From: a bacterium
Lineage (GTDB): Bacteria; Bdellovibrionota_C; UBA2361; RFPC01
Direction of reading: 5' to 3'
Assembly (NCBI GenBank): GCA_030431715.1
Contig: JAUIIO010000005.1
Location: 17,542-81,541, forward strand
Length of the DNA: 64,000 bases
In this document: piece after piece, positions 49,750 to 60,097 of the stretch
Layout of the letters: the number at the start of each line of letters is the position of its first letter
Numbering within the stretch: the first letter of the stretch is position 1
Notes under the pieces: model-generated
What the model was told of the DNA's origin: nothing
Databases searched by the model: none
Seen by the model: only the letters and a program-made list of their open reading frames with translations
Made by a program: the position numbers and the translations under genes

Positions 49750-51173
49750 CCTACATTTCCGCTTACCTGTGCGCTTACACTCGTTGATACACCAGAGGTC
49801 TGATCTGTGCCTTCAACAGTAATTGTTCCGGAAAAAGAAGACGATTGACTGCACGTAAATGTAATCATAACCGTCTGCGTACCTCCCGGGCTCAGGCTAA
49901 ATGAAGATGGCATTGTGGAGAGTTGATTCCCACTGGTGCTTACAGTGTAGTTTGTTTCAGTATTACCGGTGTTAGTGACCACAAACTGTCCGACTTTTTG
50001 TGGACAGGAGGTTTGGCCAACTGTGTGCGAGAAAGAGAAGTCCTGATCTGAGAGTGTGAACTCCAGAATGCTATCTTCATCATCAGGGGTAGCGGTCGGG
50101 GAGGGGGTAGTAACAGAACCTTCTCCTGAGCCGCTTGTGTCGATATCTTCGCCGTCACCGCTTCCATCTTCCCCGGAGAGCGCGTCTTCTACGTTAATAG
50201 TAAGACTTGTGAAGGTGCTCCCCCCATCAGAGGTAAAGAATGCTCGTCCCTGATCTCCAAGGAGTACGCCACGAAAAGGGTTTGAGCCGAAGAGCAAGAA
50301 GAGTTTAAACATCATGACGTCTTGAACAAATTCTTCATCGACTTCAGGAAAGACGCTCGGTTGGTATTGGTATCCACCGTCAGTAGAGTACGCTGCATAA
50401 CGGTCCCCGTAGAGTATTGCTCGTGAGTAGTCCGAATTAAAAGAAATACCGTTAATGGTATTTGATGTGCCGGTATCAATCTGACTCCATGTAGATCCCC
50501 CGTCAGTACTAAAACCCGCGTAACCACTATCGCCAGTAATCCATGCGTTTCTACTATTTGTGAGCATAACACTATTGAAGTTAACGCTTACTCCAGCATC
50601 AAGCTGAGTGTAGCTCGTAAAGCCATCGATGGTTTTGTAGATCATACCGACTTCACCGACAGCGATACACGTATTTCTATCAACGCAATCTATAGAGGAG
50701 AATTTTATATTTCCATCTCCAACGGTTAAGGAAGACCAGTTTAATCCACTGTTTGCGCTTTTTAAGATAAGAGAGTTTGAAGCCGCGATGTATCCTACTT
50801 CGTTATCAGCAAATTCGATGTCGTAATAATCCGCGTTAATACCGGTATCAATAATGTTGTAAGATGAGGTGAGGGAGAGACGCGTGAGTAGGGTGCTATT
50901 TAGGCCGACCGCGTAGTGAAGACCGTTTTGAACGGCATAATCTGTGAGGTCGTACTTAAGGGGAACGTCTTGCAGAGTGTAACTACTCCCGCCATTATTG
51001 GTATAGAGACTTGTACCTGACTCCCCAACGGCAACAAACTCATTTGCATCTGTGGCGTAGCCTCCGCAAAGCAGGGCAATAAACTCAAAAGTGCTACTAC
51101 TGCCGCATGAACTTACCTGAAATAGGACAAAGATACTTAAGATGCCGGCTAAGAGTTTTCTGTGAAAATTCAT
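49746..51173 (-). CDS. Lipoprotein with YCF48/BNR-repeat beta-propeller and C-terminal Ig-like domain
   Basis: Lipobox VSSC; repeated (S/T)xDGG.(T/S)(W/F/Y) Asp-boxes; Ser/Thr-rich C-terminal domain. Confidence 0.78.
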   Translation of the reverse strand: MNFHRKLLAGILSIFVLFQVSSCGSSSTFEFIALLCGGYATDANEFVAVGESGTSLYTNNGGSSYTLQDVPLKYDLTDYAVQNGLHYAVGLNSTLLTRLSLTSSYNIIDTGINADYYDIEFADNEVGYIAASNSLILKSANSGLNWSSLTVGDGNIKFSSIDCVDRNTCIAVGEVGMIYKTIDGFTSYTQLDAGVSVNFNSVMLTNSRNAWITGDSGYAGFSTDGGSTWSQIDTGTSNTINGISFNSDYSRAILYGDRYAAYSTDGGYQYQPSVFPEVDEEFVQDVMMFKLFLLFGSNPFRGVLLGDQGRAFFTSDGGSTFTSLTINVEDALSGEDGSGDGEDIDTSGSGEGSVTTPSPTATPDDEDSILEFTLSDQDFSFSHTVGQTSCPQKVGQFVVTNTGNTETNYTVSTSGNQLSTMPSSFSLSPGGTQTVMITFTCSQSSSFSGTITVEGTDQTSGVSTSVSAQVSGNVG

Positions 51174-51377
51174 AATCTCCCCCTAGGAGTAATTTTATTG
51201 ATGTTCCTCGCAAATAGTAGCCCACGATAAGCTGATTTCAAGAAGAGATTTCGCAGATACGGGATGTGCTCGGAAGTGGGGTGCTAGTCTATTGATATTA
51301 TGAGAGAAATAAGCGTATCGGTGGTTACTTGTAATATCAGGGTACACCTGTTTATTATACGAGCCTTAACAAATTGA

Positions 51378-52382
<1,005 letters not shown>

Positions 52383-52384
52383 TT

Positions 52385-53320
52385 ATGAAGGCTCTTGTAA
52401 CCGGTGCCTGCGGGTTTGTCGGCGGGTATCTTACCAGAGAGCTACAGGGTAATGGGCATACCGTACTCGGGGCCCTTTACTCTGAAAAACATAACTGTCC
52501 GACCGAAACCGTCCCCCTTGATATTACCTCACGAGAGGACTGCCTGAAGGTTCTTTCCGCCTTTAAGCCAGATATCGTTTATCACCTTGCAGGGATGTCT
52601 TTTGTCCCCGCGGCACAAAAGCATTTTGATAAAGCGCTCGAGACGAATGTATACGGCGTATATAATATTTTAGATGCACTTTCAGAGCTTGGACTGACAT
52701 CTCAATTCGTTCTCGCGAGCTCTGGAGAGGTTTACGGAATAGTTCGTCCCGAAGATCTTCCTCTGACGGAATTAAGCCCTGTTCGACCTGCAAATGCATA
52801 CAGCCTTTCTAAGGCGATGGCAGAAGATACTGTTCGATATTTCATGCGTAGAAGCAATTCTCGATGCTACATAATGCGCCCCTTTAATCATATTGGACCC
52901 GGCCAGAATGAATCATTTGTTACCGCATCATTTGCTTCGCAAATTGCAAGTATTGCAGCAGGAAAGTCAGAGCCTGTGATGAAAGTTGGAAATCTTGAAG
53001 CTGTTAGAGATTTCATGGACGTACGAGACGTCGTTCGAGCATATGCGGAAGTGCATACCAGTGAACCGGGGACCTATAATTTAAGCTCAGGTTCTTCTGT
53101 CTCAATACAGGCGATCCTTGATATCTTACTCGATATCTCTGGAGTTGATGTGGATGTGCAGCAGGATCCTGAGAGAATGCGACCATCTGAAGTGCCAGAA
53201 GTCCAGGGAAGTTTTGACAAGGCCTATCTTACCTTTGGATGGAAGCCTGAGATAGATATTGAGACTTCACTAAAAGATATCTACCAATCATGGCTCTCTT
53301 ATCATCAACAAAAGGGATAA
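52385..53320 (+). CDS. rmd: GDP-4-dehydro-6-deoxy-D-mannose reductase-like SDR
   Basis: GACGFVG, SSGEVYG, YSLSK, RPFNHIGPGQ, GNLEAVRDFMDVRD; follows gmd. Confidence 0.8.
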   Translation: MKALVTGACGFVGGYLTRELQGNGHTVLGALYSEKHNCPTETVPLDITSREDCLKVLSAFKPDIVYHLAGMSFVPAAQKHFDKALETNVYGVYNILDALSELGLTSQFVLASSGEVYGIVRPEDLPLTELSPVRPANAYSLSKAMAEDTVRYFMRRSNSRCYIMRPFNHIGPGQNESFVTASFASQIASIAAGKSEPVMKVGNLEAVRDFMDVRDVVRAYAEVHTSEPGTYNLSSGSSVSIQAILDILLDISGVDVDVQQDPERMRPSEVPEVQGSFDKAYLTFGWKPEIDIETSLKDIYQSWLSYHQQKG

Positions 53321-53328
53321 TCTGTTCC

Positions 53329-54321
53329 TTACTTCATCTTAGAGAGCTTCTGAATTGCTCCTTCTGTGAGTCTATTTGGATTTTTTAGAAGATACGATGG
53401 CACAATAACAACATCACCCAGTTCAAGCTGCGTGCCATCCGCGATCTTGTTCATTCTGGCTAAACGCCCTTTATTTGCAGCTTCGCGCGTGTACCACAGA
53501 GATATTGTCTGAAGGGTTTCTCCCGGATAGGTAACATAGTGTACCAAATCGCCTTTCGGAGTGAGTTCCGCAGGAGCTGTGCCTTCTTGTTCTATGATCG
53601 TATCAAGGGCACCGGCCTCACTTGCTCGCTCGTTCTCCATGGGGTAAGTCGAACTGGTAAAGGGTTTACCAGAGTATTCATAATTCTGAGGAGTTTCTTC
53701 CTCTTCTGGGAATCTGGTTTCATTATAGAGAATAGTTTCTTCAGACTCCTGCTCAGCGATAATCTCACCTGGCGCTTCATCTTCATCGGTCTCTCCTATT
53801 CGCTCAAGTGTCTCGTTCTCAAACTCTTGAAGCTCAGCTGGTAGGGGAGCTTCGCTCTGTTGCTTGGGAGAGCTTTGCTTTTCTTTAAAGCTCTTTGGGA
53901 AATTCACTTTTGGGTTGCCTCGTACTCCGCTCATAGCCTTGTGTACAAGTTCCAACGTCGCTGGTGCGATTGCCTTTGGGCCATTTATCTTCCAGCCGTC
54001 AGCCTTTTGCACCATGGTAAACATCTCTACGTTTTGAGGATAATAAAAATAGAGATTCACCGGGGAGAAAAATTCTTTGTAGACTTCAAGCGCTGCTGGA
54101 GAGCCGCGGTGCTTCACAAAACTATGTATCTCAGGACTCCTCTCCATCTCTTCAGATATGAGGAGGTTTTGGGCGACATAGGCATTTGTTGTGCTAAGCG
54201 CTATGGGGCCACGACCATTGAGTCTATTAATGAGCGATTTATTTGACTCTATCTGAAACGAGGAGCAGGAAAGAAAACCGCAGCAGATAAGAAGTGCTGT
54301 TATAAGGAATCGTAGCAACAT
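53329..54321 (-). CDS. Lipoprotein with acidic linker and C-terminal LysM domain
   Basis: Lipobox FLSC from ATG 54321; HYVTYPGETLQTISLWYT...LARMN...L.LGDVVIVP. Confidence 0.75.
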   Translation of the reverse strand: MLLRFLITALLICCGFLSCSSFQIESNKSLINRLNGRGPIALSTTNAYVAQNLLISEEMERSPEIHSFVKHRGSPAALEVYKEFFSPVNLYFYYPQNVEMFTMVQKADGWKINGPKAIAPATLELVHKAMSGVRGNPKVNFPKSFKEKQSSPKQQSEAPLPAELQEFENETLERIGETDEDEAPGEIIAEQESEETILYNETRFPEEEETPQNYEYSGKPFTSSTYPMENERASEAGALDTIIEQEGTAPAELTPKGDLVHYVTYPGETLQTISLWYTREAANKGRLARMNKIADGTQLELGDVVIVPSYLLKNPNRLTEGAIQKLSKMK

Positions 54322-54373
54322 ATGTTCTATTTTATGTGGAACGTCGACCTGACAGCAATATGCAAATTCGAGG

Positions 54374-54952
54374 TTAGGACCGCTCAGAGCCGAGTCCGTA
54401 AAAGCTACGCCGTCCGCACAGCGAATCTTCACCTAGCGCACGTAGCTCCACAGCTAGCCTATAAAGAGATTTCTCGTGAATTGTTGGAGGCTCAGTGACG
54501 CTATCGAGAGAAGTCTCAATTTTAAAGGAAGATGACGTCGTCTGAACCGAAAGGAGGTATTTTCCGGGGCTGTAAAATGTGGCCTGCCCTTCAGGAGGAG
54601 TAAATGTATGAGATTTCGCCTGTAGAAGGTTCATTATCTGAGCAGCAGCTTTTTTAACAGCTAAAATTTCTGCCTCTTCAGGATTTGTGATGCTCTGCCT
54701 CTTTGGTACCTGCCGCCCATTTGAAAATACCCCACATTCAGTATAGAGAGTATTTTGGAGAAGCTTCAGTTTTTCAAATTCCTCAGCCTGGATTGAAGAT
54801 CTCTTAAGATAAAGTTCAATGGAAGTTATCTCCTCAGCATGTACCAACGGAGCATGAGTGGTACCAGATTTTTTTTGAGAAGAGCACGATGTAAAGCAGA
54901 GTAAACAAAAGAGGACACGTATGATACTCTTGGTACAGTAGCATTTTAACAT
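54374..54952 (-). CDS. Hypothetical lipoprotein
   Basis: Lipobox FTSC; overlaps the upstream gene's stop. Confidence 0.65.
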   Translation of the reverse strand: MLKCYCTKSIIRVLFCLLCFTSCSSQKKSGTTHAPLVHAEEITSIELYLKRSSIQAEEFEKLKLLQNTLYTECGVFSNGRQVPKRQSITNPEEAEILAVKKAAAQIMNLLQAKSHTFTPPEGQATFYSPGKYLLSVQTTSSSFKIETSLDSVTEPPTIHEKSLYRLAVELRALGEDSLCGRRSFYGLGSERS

Positions 54953-56340
54953 CGAGTTCTTTCTCTGGAAGCACGACCAAGCATGTGCGCAAGTGCTAAA
55001 TGGAGCTCCGGGAATTGAAAAGAAAAACCACTGTCAACAAGCTTTTGCGGAACAGCTCTCGTGCTCGCGAGTAAGAGCTCATCGGCCATCTGTCCCAGCC
55101 CGGTTTTAAGTACGATTTCTGGTACTGGAAAGAGGCATGGGCGATTAAGTGTCTTAGCAAGCGTGTTACAAAAATCAGCGTTTCTGGTTTCCTGGGGAGC
55201 GCAAAAATTAAATGCCCCGGAGAGTTCCTCTCTGGCAATGAGGTGGTATAGCGCGTAGAGTAGGTCATCAAGAGCTATCCAGCTAAAGTATTGCCGACCG
55301 CTCCCTAAGCGTCCACCCAGTCCGAGCTTAAATGGGAGAAGCATCTTTGCAAGGGCTCCTCCTGCCGGGGTGAGCACGGCTCCAAATCTCATATGTGCAG
55401 TGCGAATTCCTGCGTCTTGGGCTGGTAATGTTGCGGCTTCCCATTTTTGTGCTACTTCAGATAAGAAGAGCTCTCCTGCGCTCTCTTCTTCTGTAAGGAG
55501 GGAATCTCCTCTATCTCCGTAATAACCAATGCCTGATGCGGTGAGTAGGCATTTAGGCTTTGAGCTCGCCATACTCATCGCTTTTGCGAGCAGTGAGGTG
55601 GAGTCTACTCTGCTTTTTAAAATCTTCTTCTTTGTCGCTTCTGTCCAGCGCTGCGCGATTGGTTCGCCGGACAGGTGAATAACGACATCAATATCGTTAA
55701 AAATCTCTGGTGAGAGCGTCTCACTACTAGGATTCCACTCCCTTTCATGTTCGTTTCTTGGTTCCCTTCTTACAAGGGTGATCACAGTGTGTCCGGCAGT
55801 AGAAAGAAATGACTGCAGGGTTTTACCGATGAGTCCGCTTGCTCCAGCTAAAAGGATCTTTTTAGGTGGGAGGTCATAATTGGATATGCACGTAAGATCG
55901 TTCTTAACAGTTGTATGCCTGTAAGTGAACATTCTCTCTAATTTACTCTCTACCATCTTGCCGCAGAGTAGATCCGCGATAGGTGAAAGCGGGAGTGCAT
56001 ACGTAATAGTATCCTTCATAATGCAGGTTGAATCAGAGCTCGGTTCAAAGCGATGTTCATGTTCCCAGTGCGAGAAGGGGCCCCCTTCTTGAATGTCGAC
56101 AAAATGTGATGTGGGAGAGACCTCAGTGTGAAGTGCTTTCCACGTACAACGTAGTGGTCCGGCGATCGGTACTTTTAGCGTGATAACCGATCCTTTTGTA
56201 ATTGGCCCTGAGAAATTTCTCTGAACATCAACCTTTTCCCACGGGGGAAGGAGCCTGTGAAGCGCGCCGTCACTCATATGCCAAGAGTATACCTTGTCTG
56301 CGGGATGGGGGAGGTTTGAGTGAAAGGTGAATTGTTTCAT
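54946..56340 (-). CDS. SRPBCC-domain + TIGR01777-type (YfcH) NAD-dependent epimerase fusion
   Basis: N-terminal RLLPPWE, GPFSHWEHEH; GASGLIG, SRVDST, ASGIGYYG, GSGRQYFSWI. Confidence 0.9.
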   Translation of the reverse strand: MKQFTFHSNLPHPADKVYSWHMSDGALHRLLPPWEKVDVQRNFSGPITKGSVITLKVPIAGPLRCTWKALHTEVSPTSHFVDIQEGGPFSHWEHEHRFEPSSDSTCIMKDTITYALPLSPIADLLCGKMVESKLERMFTYRHTTVKNDLTCISNYDLPPKKILLAGASGLIGKTLQSFLSTAGHTVITLVRREPRNEHEREWNPSSETLSPEIFNDIDVVIHLSGEPIAQRWTEATKKKILKSRVDSTSLLAKAMSMASSKPKCLLTASGIGYYGDRGDSLLTEEESAGELFLSEVAQKWEAATLPAQDAGIRTAHMRFGAVLTPAGGALAKMLLPFKLGLGGRLGSGRQYFSWIALDDLLYALYHLIAREELSGAFNFCAPQETRNADFCNTLAKTLNRPCLFPVPEIVLKTGLGQMADELLLASTRAVPQKLVDSGFSFQFPELHLALAHMLGRASRERTRC

Positions 56341-56389
56341 GGTCGACTTTGTGTCTTAATAGTTAGGCAACATATTTAAGGCTTCCCCT

Positions 56390-56764
56390 ATGTTATTATC
56401 CTACATGCACCGAACCGGACAAGAACAAGTGCCAGAACTTTGCCTTCTGGCTGATAAATGTGACGAATATTCGGTTCCGGTAAGTGTTGATTGCCTGCCA
56501 GTAACGAGTTGCTCTGTTGTCCGGCTTGGACCTCACGAGGCGGTTACTGTTGCTGAAGGAGAGGCAGGAGAGCAAGTCCTTACTCCGGTAAAGCCATCAA
56601 AGATGTATCTTACCCCCAGTCAGCTAGATAGTCCCGGGGTAACAGTTGCAAAGGTTAAAATCGTGAAAGAAGCTCAAGACCAGTATAAGGTCTTCTTCCA
56701 ACAAGACAAAGACGTAGCCACCGGAGAATGGCGCCCTTGGAACCCCAACCAAAGCCAGCGGTAG
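56390..56764 (+). CDS. Hypothetical protein
   Basis: 124-aa ORF filling the gap; no motif recognised. Confidence 0.55.
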   Translation: MLLSYMHRTGQEQVPELCLLADKCDEYSVPVSVDCLPVTSCSVVRLGPHEAVTVAEGEAGEQVLTPVKPSKMYLTPSQLDSPGVTVAKVKIVKEAQDQYKVFFQQDKDVATGEWRPWNPNQSQR

Positions 56765-56787
56765 ATTAGCGCCTCTCCACGAAATTC

Positions 56788-56820
56788 ACCTTGACCTGCT
56801 CCTTGACCTGAACCTGCACC
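56788..56820 (+). repeat. 6-nt-periodic arm, ACCT variant
   Basis: ACCTTG ACCTGC TCCTTG ACCTGA ACCTGC ACC. Confidence 0.8.
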
Positions 56821-56829
56821 ATTTAGATT

Positions 56830-57435
56830 CTAGCGCTCAATCAGCTTCACCCCATTCGCACAGTAATCACATGCCTCCGGAGCATAAGTCGGTAACACCT
56901 CTTTAATCATCGCCTGGTAAGAAAATCCGGCCTCATCCAGCTTTTCAAGCTGTTCGCGGCGTTGCCACGTATTAAGAACTTCAACCTTTTTAGCTCCTGC
57001 CTCTATCACGGCACGGCAAACACTTGCAGAGGATGTCCCGGAAGTTCCGACATCCTCAATCACAAGTACAAAATCAGGTTTATAGGAAGAGAGATAGTCG
57101 AGCGAAGAATCAACAGGCTTAGCAGACTTCGGAGTATCTTTCTCAGTAATCAGACCTACGGCACCGTTTTTAAGCTTTGCGGCGATGCTCAGAGCGAGTC
57201 TATTCGCTCCATTTGCAACCCCGATAAGTGCGTTCGGTTGTTGTTGATACTCAGTACGAATATATTCGGCAAAAGCATCTGTCCAATCTTCATAGAGGCT
57301 GCTAGCTGTTTCGATGCGATCGAAATCAAGCTTTCTTCCGTGCATGCCACTCACAAATTCATGGTGCATATCCTCAGGATCAAGGACCCCCTCAGTTAAT
57401 ATTCTTTCTCGTAAACTTTCTAAATACGGCTTCAC
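56830..57435 (-). CDS. pyrE: Divergent orotate phosphoribosyltransferase (type I PRTase)
   Basis: EFVSGMHG, PRPP motif VLVIEDVGTSGTS, C-terminal CDYC; translationally coupled to pyrF. Confidence 0.72.
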   Translation of the reverse strand: MKPYLESLRERILTEGVLDPEDMHHEFVSGMHGRKLDFDRIETASSLYEDWTDAFAEYIRTEYQQQPNALIGVANGANRLALSIAAKLKNGAVGLITEKDTPKSAKPVDSSLDYLSSYKPDFVLVIEDVGTSGTSSASVCRAVIEAGAKKVEVLNTWQRREQLEKLDEAGFSYQAMIKEVLPTYAPEACDYCANGVKLIER

Positions 57436-58178
57436 ATCTCCTCCAGTTCGTTAAGAATTCGTTCCAGAGCATCTGCTGGGCTTCCGACAGACTCTGGGGG
57501 TTTTGTTATCGGTCTACCAATGACGAGATAATCAGATCCTGCTCTCACAGCATCTGCTGGTGAAAGAACTCGCGACTGATCCCCAGCGACAGCCCACTCG
57601 GGTCGGATACCGGGGGTTACTAGGAGTAAACTACTCGTACTCTCATTTTCCTTAAGGAGTGCAGCTTCCTGCGGGGAGCAGACAACGCCATCAAGGCCGT
57701 TCTGGGCAGCCATGGTTGCGAACTGAAGTACTTTTTCTTTTGCTACCTTACCGTAGAGCTCCTGTGATTCAGTGTCCGTAATTGAAGTAAGGACCGTAAC
57801 TCCAAGGAGAACAGGCTTTTTTTTCAGCCCATAGTTTTTTACAGCTTGATCTCTGCCCTTTACTGCTCCAATGAGAGCCGCAGGTGAATTGTCAGCCATG
57901 ATATTAAAAAATTCTGGTTGATGTCTGGTAATAGCGCGGCAGGAGCGCTCAACGGTTGCCGGGATATCTTTAAATTTGGTGTCGCAGAAAATCTTTGCAC
58001 CAGTACTGTGTATTGTCTGTATAACCCTTAACCACCCTTCATAGGTGCCGAGCTGATTACCTACCTTAAAAGTGACAGGATAAGCACGGAGGGCCTCGAT
58101 TAACGATACGGCCTCCTCTAGCTCATCAAAATCGAGGGCCACCATTACTCTTTCAATTGGACTCTTGGGTTTTAGCAT
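57432..58178 (-). CDS. pyrF: Orotidine-5'-phosphate decarboxylase
   Basis: VALD, FKVG, DTKFKDIP, GVTVLTS, GVVCS, VTPGIRP, DQSR, VIGRPIT. Confidence 0.95.
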   Translation of the reverse strand: MLKPKSPIERVMVALDFDELEEAVSLIEALRAYPVTFKVGNQLGTYEGWLRVIQTIHSTGAKIFCDTKFKDIPATVERSCRAITRHQPEFFNIMADNSPAALIGAVKGRDQAVKNYGLKKKPVLLGVTVLTSITDTESQELYGKVAKEKVLQFATMAAQNGLDGVVCSPQEAALLKENESTSSLLLVTPGIRPEWAVAGDQSRVLSPADAVRAGSDYLVIGRPITKPPESVGSPADALERILNELEEM

Positions 58179-58387
58179 GTACGGGAGTATAGCCTTTTTC
58201 TTCCGCCTCATAAAAGGAGAGAAGGAGTAAGGTGAAATATCCATATTATCAGCATCTTGCAGAGATTTTTCGTGATTCTTCTTAGATTCTGAGTAGAGGT
58301 TTTAGGCAAGATCGCCCCTAAAAAGTATGTTTTGAATTCTGGACCTGATATGCTGATAGTCAGTTGTTAGAGTAGTTACGTAGTAAA

Positions 58388-59953
58388 ATGCAAAGTCCAT
58401 TAGAAGATCCAGAACACCAACCTGATACTCCACCACACGCTGATGATGCCTCAATCTCAGAGGTTGGCTCCGAAACGCCAGAGGTAGAACTTACCGCAGA
58501 AGACGCGCAGGCGATGATCGCTGAAATGGAGAGTCTCAAGAGCGATAAGCCGGGCTTTCAAACACGTTATTTTGTATCGCTCGTAGATCACGCATCAAAT
58601 CCAAGCTGTATGGCGGAACCTTCACTCAGGAAGTTTCTCACCGATCAGCTCTCTGAGCTCCTTCCTGCGGCGAGAGGCCATATTGGGGATGAGGCTTTTC
58701 TTAAAATTACACTCTCCGTCTCTGATCTCTTGCTCTGCTCTGGTGATGTTGTTCGGGCCAGCAGCTGGGCGAAAGTTGCTGTCGCTGAGCCTGATAAATC
58801 TGCTGCTTTAGAAATCGAGAGTATTCGTCAGCTCTTTAAAACCACTCATGAAGACTTCTCTGAAGATACCAAAGAAGTCATAGACGATATTTTAAAAAAT
58901 TCAAGCTTACTTATAGATAGATGTATCGCCGATAATCAGGTCGATGGGCTTCTTTCACTCTCTTTTGAATGTCTCAGTACCCTTGAATCGCAGCACCGAC
59001 ATCTTCATTCAGCGGCATTCGCTTTGAAAGTCATCGAAGCTGTTGAGCCATCACCTTCTGGGAATCACTTTCAGCTAAATAGGCTTAGGCTTGAGTGCGC
59101 GAAGGTATTATGTAAGGGAGAAGCCATCTCGTATCCCGAGGAGTTTGATGGTTCTTGTGCGACGGAGCTTCTTGAACAATCACTTTCTTACTTTAGAGCC
59201 CAAGACTACGTGGAAAGACCGCAGTCTCCACTACTTGTCATTGACTGTTACCATACCCTTGCAGATATCTATTCTCATAAGAAACTAAATGATTTGATGG
59301 TTCATCATTCACAGAGCGCTTATGATCACTGCATCGCACACCTTATCCCCAGACTTGATGAGCAAGAGTGGATAATGGTTGATGATAAAAACTGCATTTT
59401 AGATACCATAGTCTATCACGCTGAAACAAAGCTTGAGGTCGGGCAGTATTTAGCTTCCGATGAGATATGTAGTAACGGTCTCCGTATTGCTGAACGGCTT
59501 TCTGAGTCCGGGCTTTATCTAGCATCAATTCTTTCTGTTAAGGCTCAGGCATTGAATGGAATTTCAAAGGATCAGCAGATTCCTAAAGAAGAGAGAGAAT
59601 ATGCACTTGAGATGGCGGAGGAGTGCTTTTCAAAGGCAGCAGATGTTTATGACTTTGCCATGAATGAGGAAAACTATTTTGCTGGTGGAGAGTGCTACTA
59701 TCGCTTCGCGCACTTTCTTCTCGATCTTGCAGAAAATCCTCCTCCAGAAGAAGACCCTGAATCATATACCACAAAAGCCATCGATCACCTTAACAGAGCC
59801 CTAGATTACTTTAAGGGCGTTCAGCCGGCGGTGTCGAATTGGCTTAAAACTGTTTCCTCTGATTTGGCGTATCTCTATGAGCAGATTGATGAGTTCCCCC
59901 TAGCAGAGGAACTTCATGCTCAGGCTGAAAGATACGGCGCTGAATTCCTCTGA
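58388..59953 (+). CDS. Acidic all-helical (TPR-like) hypothetical protein
   Basis: 521 aa; TPR-like helices such as CYHTLADIY, AEECFSKA, AIDHLNRALDYF, DLAYLYEQ. Confidence 0.65.
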   Translation: MQSPLEDPEHQPDTPPHADDASISEVGSETPEVELTAEDAQAMIAEMESLKSDKPGFQTRYFVSLVDHASNPSCMAEPSLRKFLTDQLSELLPAARGHIGDEAFLKITLSVSDLLLCSGDVVRASSWAKVAVAEPDKSAALEIESIRQLFKTTHEDFSEDTKEVIDDILKNSSLLIDRCIADNQVDGLLSLSFECLSTLESQHRHLHSAAFALKVIEAVEPSPSGNHFQLNRLRLECAKVLCKGEAISYPEEFDGSCATELLEQSLSYFRAQDYVERPQSPLLVIDCYHTLADIYSHKKLNDLMVHHSQSAYDHCIAHLIPRLDEQEWIMVDDKNCILDTIVYHAETKLEVGQYLASDEICSNGLRIAERLSESGLYLASILSVKAQALNGISKDQQIPKEEREYALEMAEECFSKAADVYDFAMNEENYFAGGECYYRFAHFLLDLAENPPPEEDPESYTTKAIDHLNRALDYFKGVQPAVSNWLKTVSSDLAYLYEQIDEFPLAEELHAQAERYGAEFL

Positions 59954-60097
59954 ACTTGAGCCCGAATAGCCTGTGGTCCGTAGCTCAAAGAGCGCAGGAC
60001 CATGCCGATTCCTGTACTTCACAGGTTGAATATTTTAAAGACTTATATAGGATAAGAGCCTCAGGAATAAGAGGTTAAGCTACTGGTATTATACGAT

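Noticed and set aside
56962..57399. 145-aa plus-strand ORF, and other short shadow ORFs such as 9710-10105 and 60126-60605
   Set aside because: They lie antisense or out of frame within well-supported genes and show no motifs.
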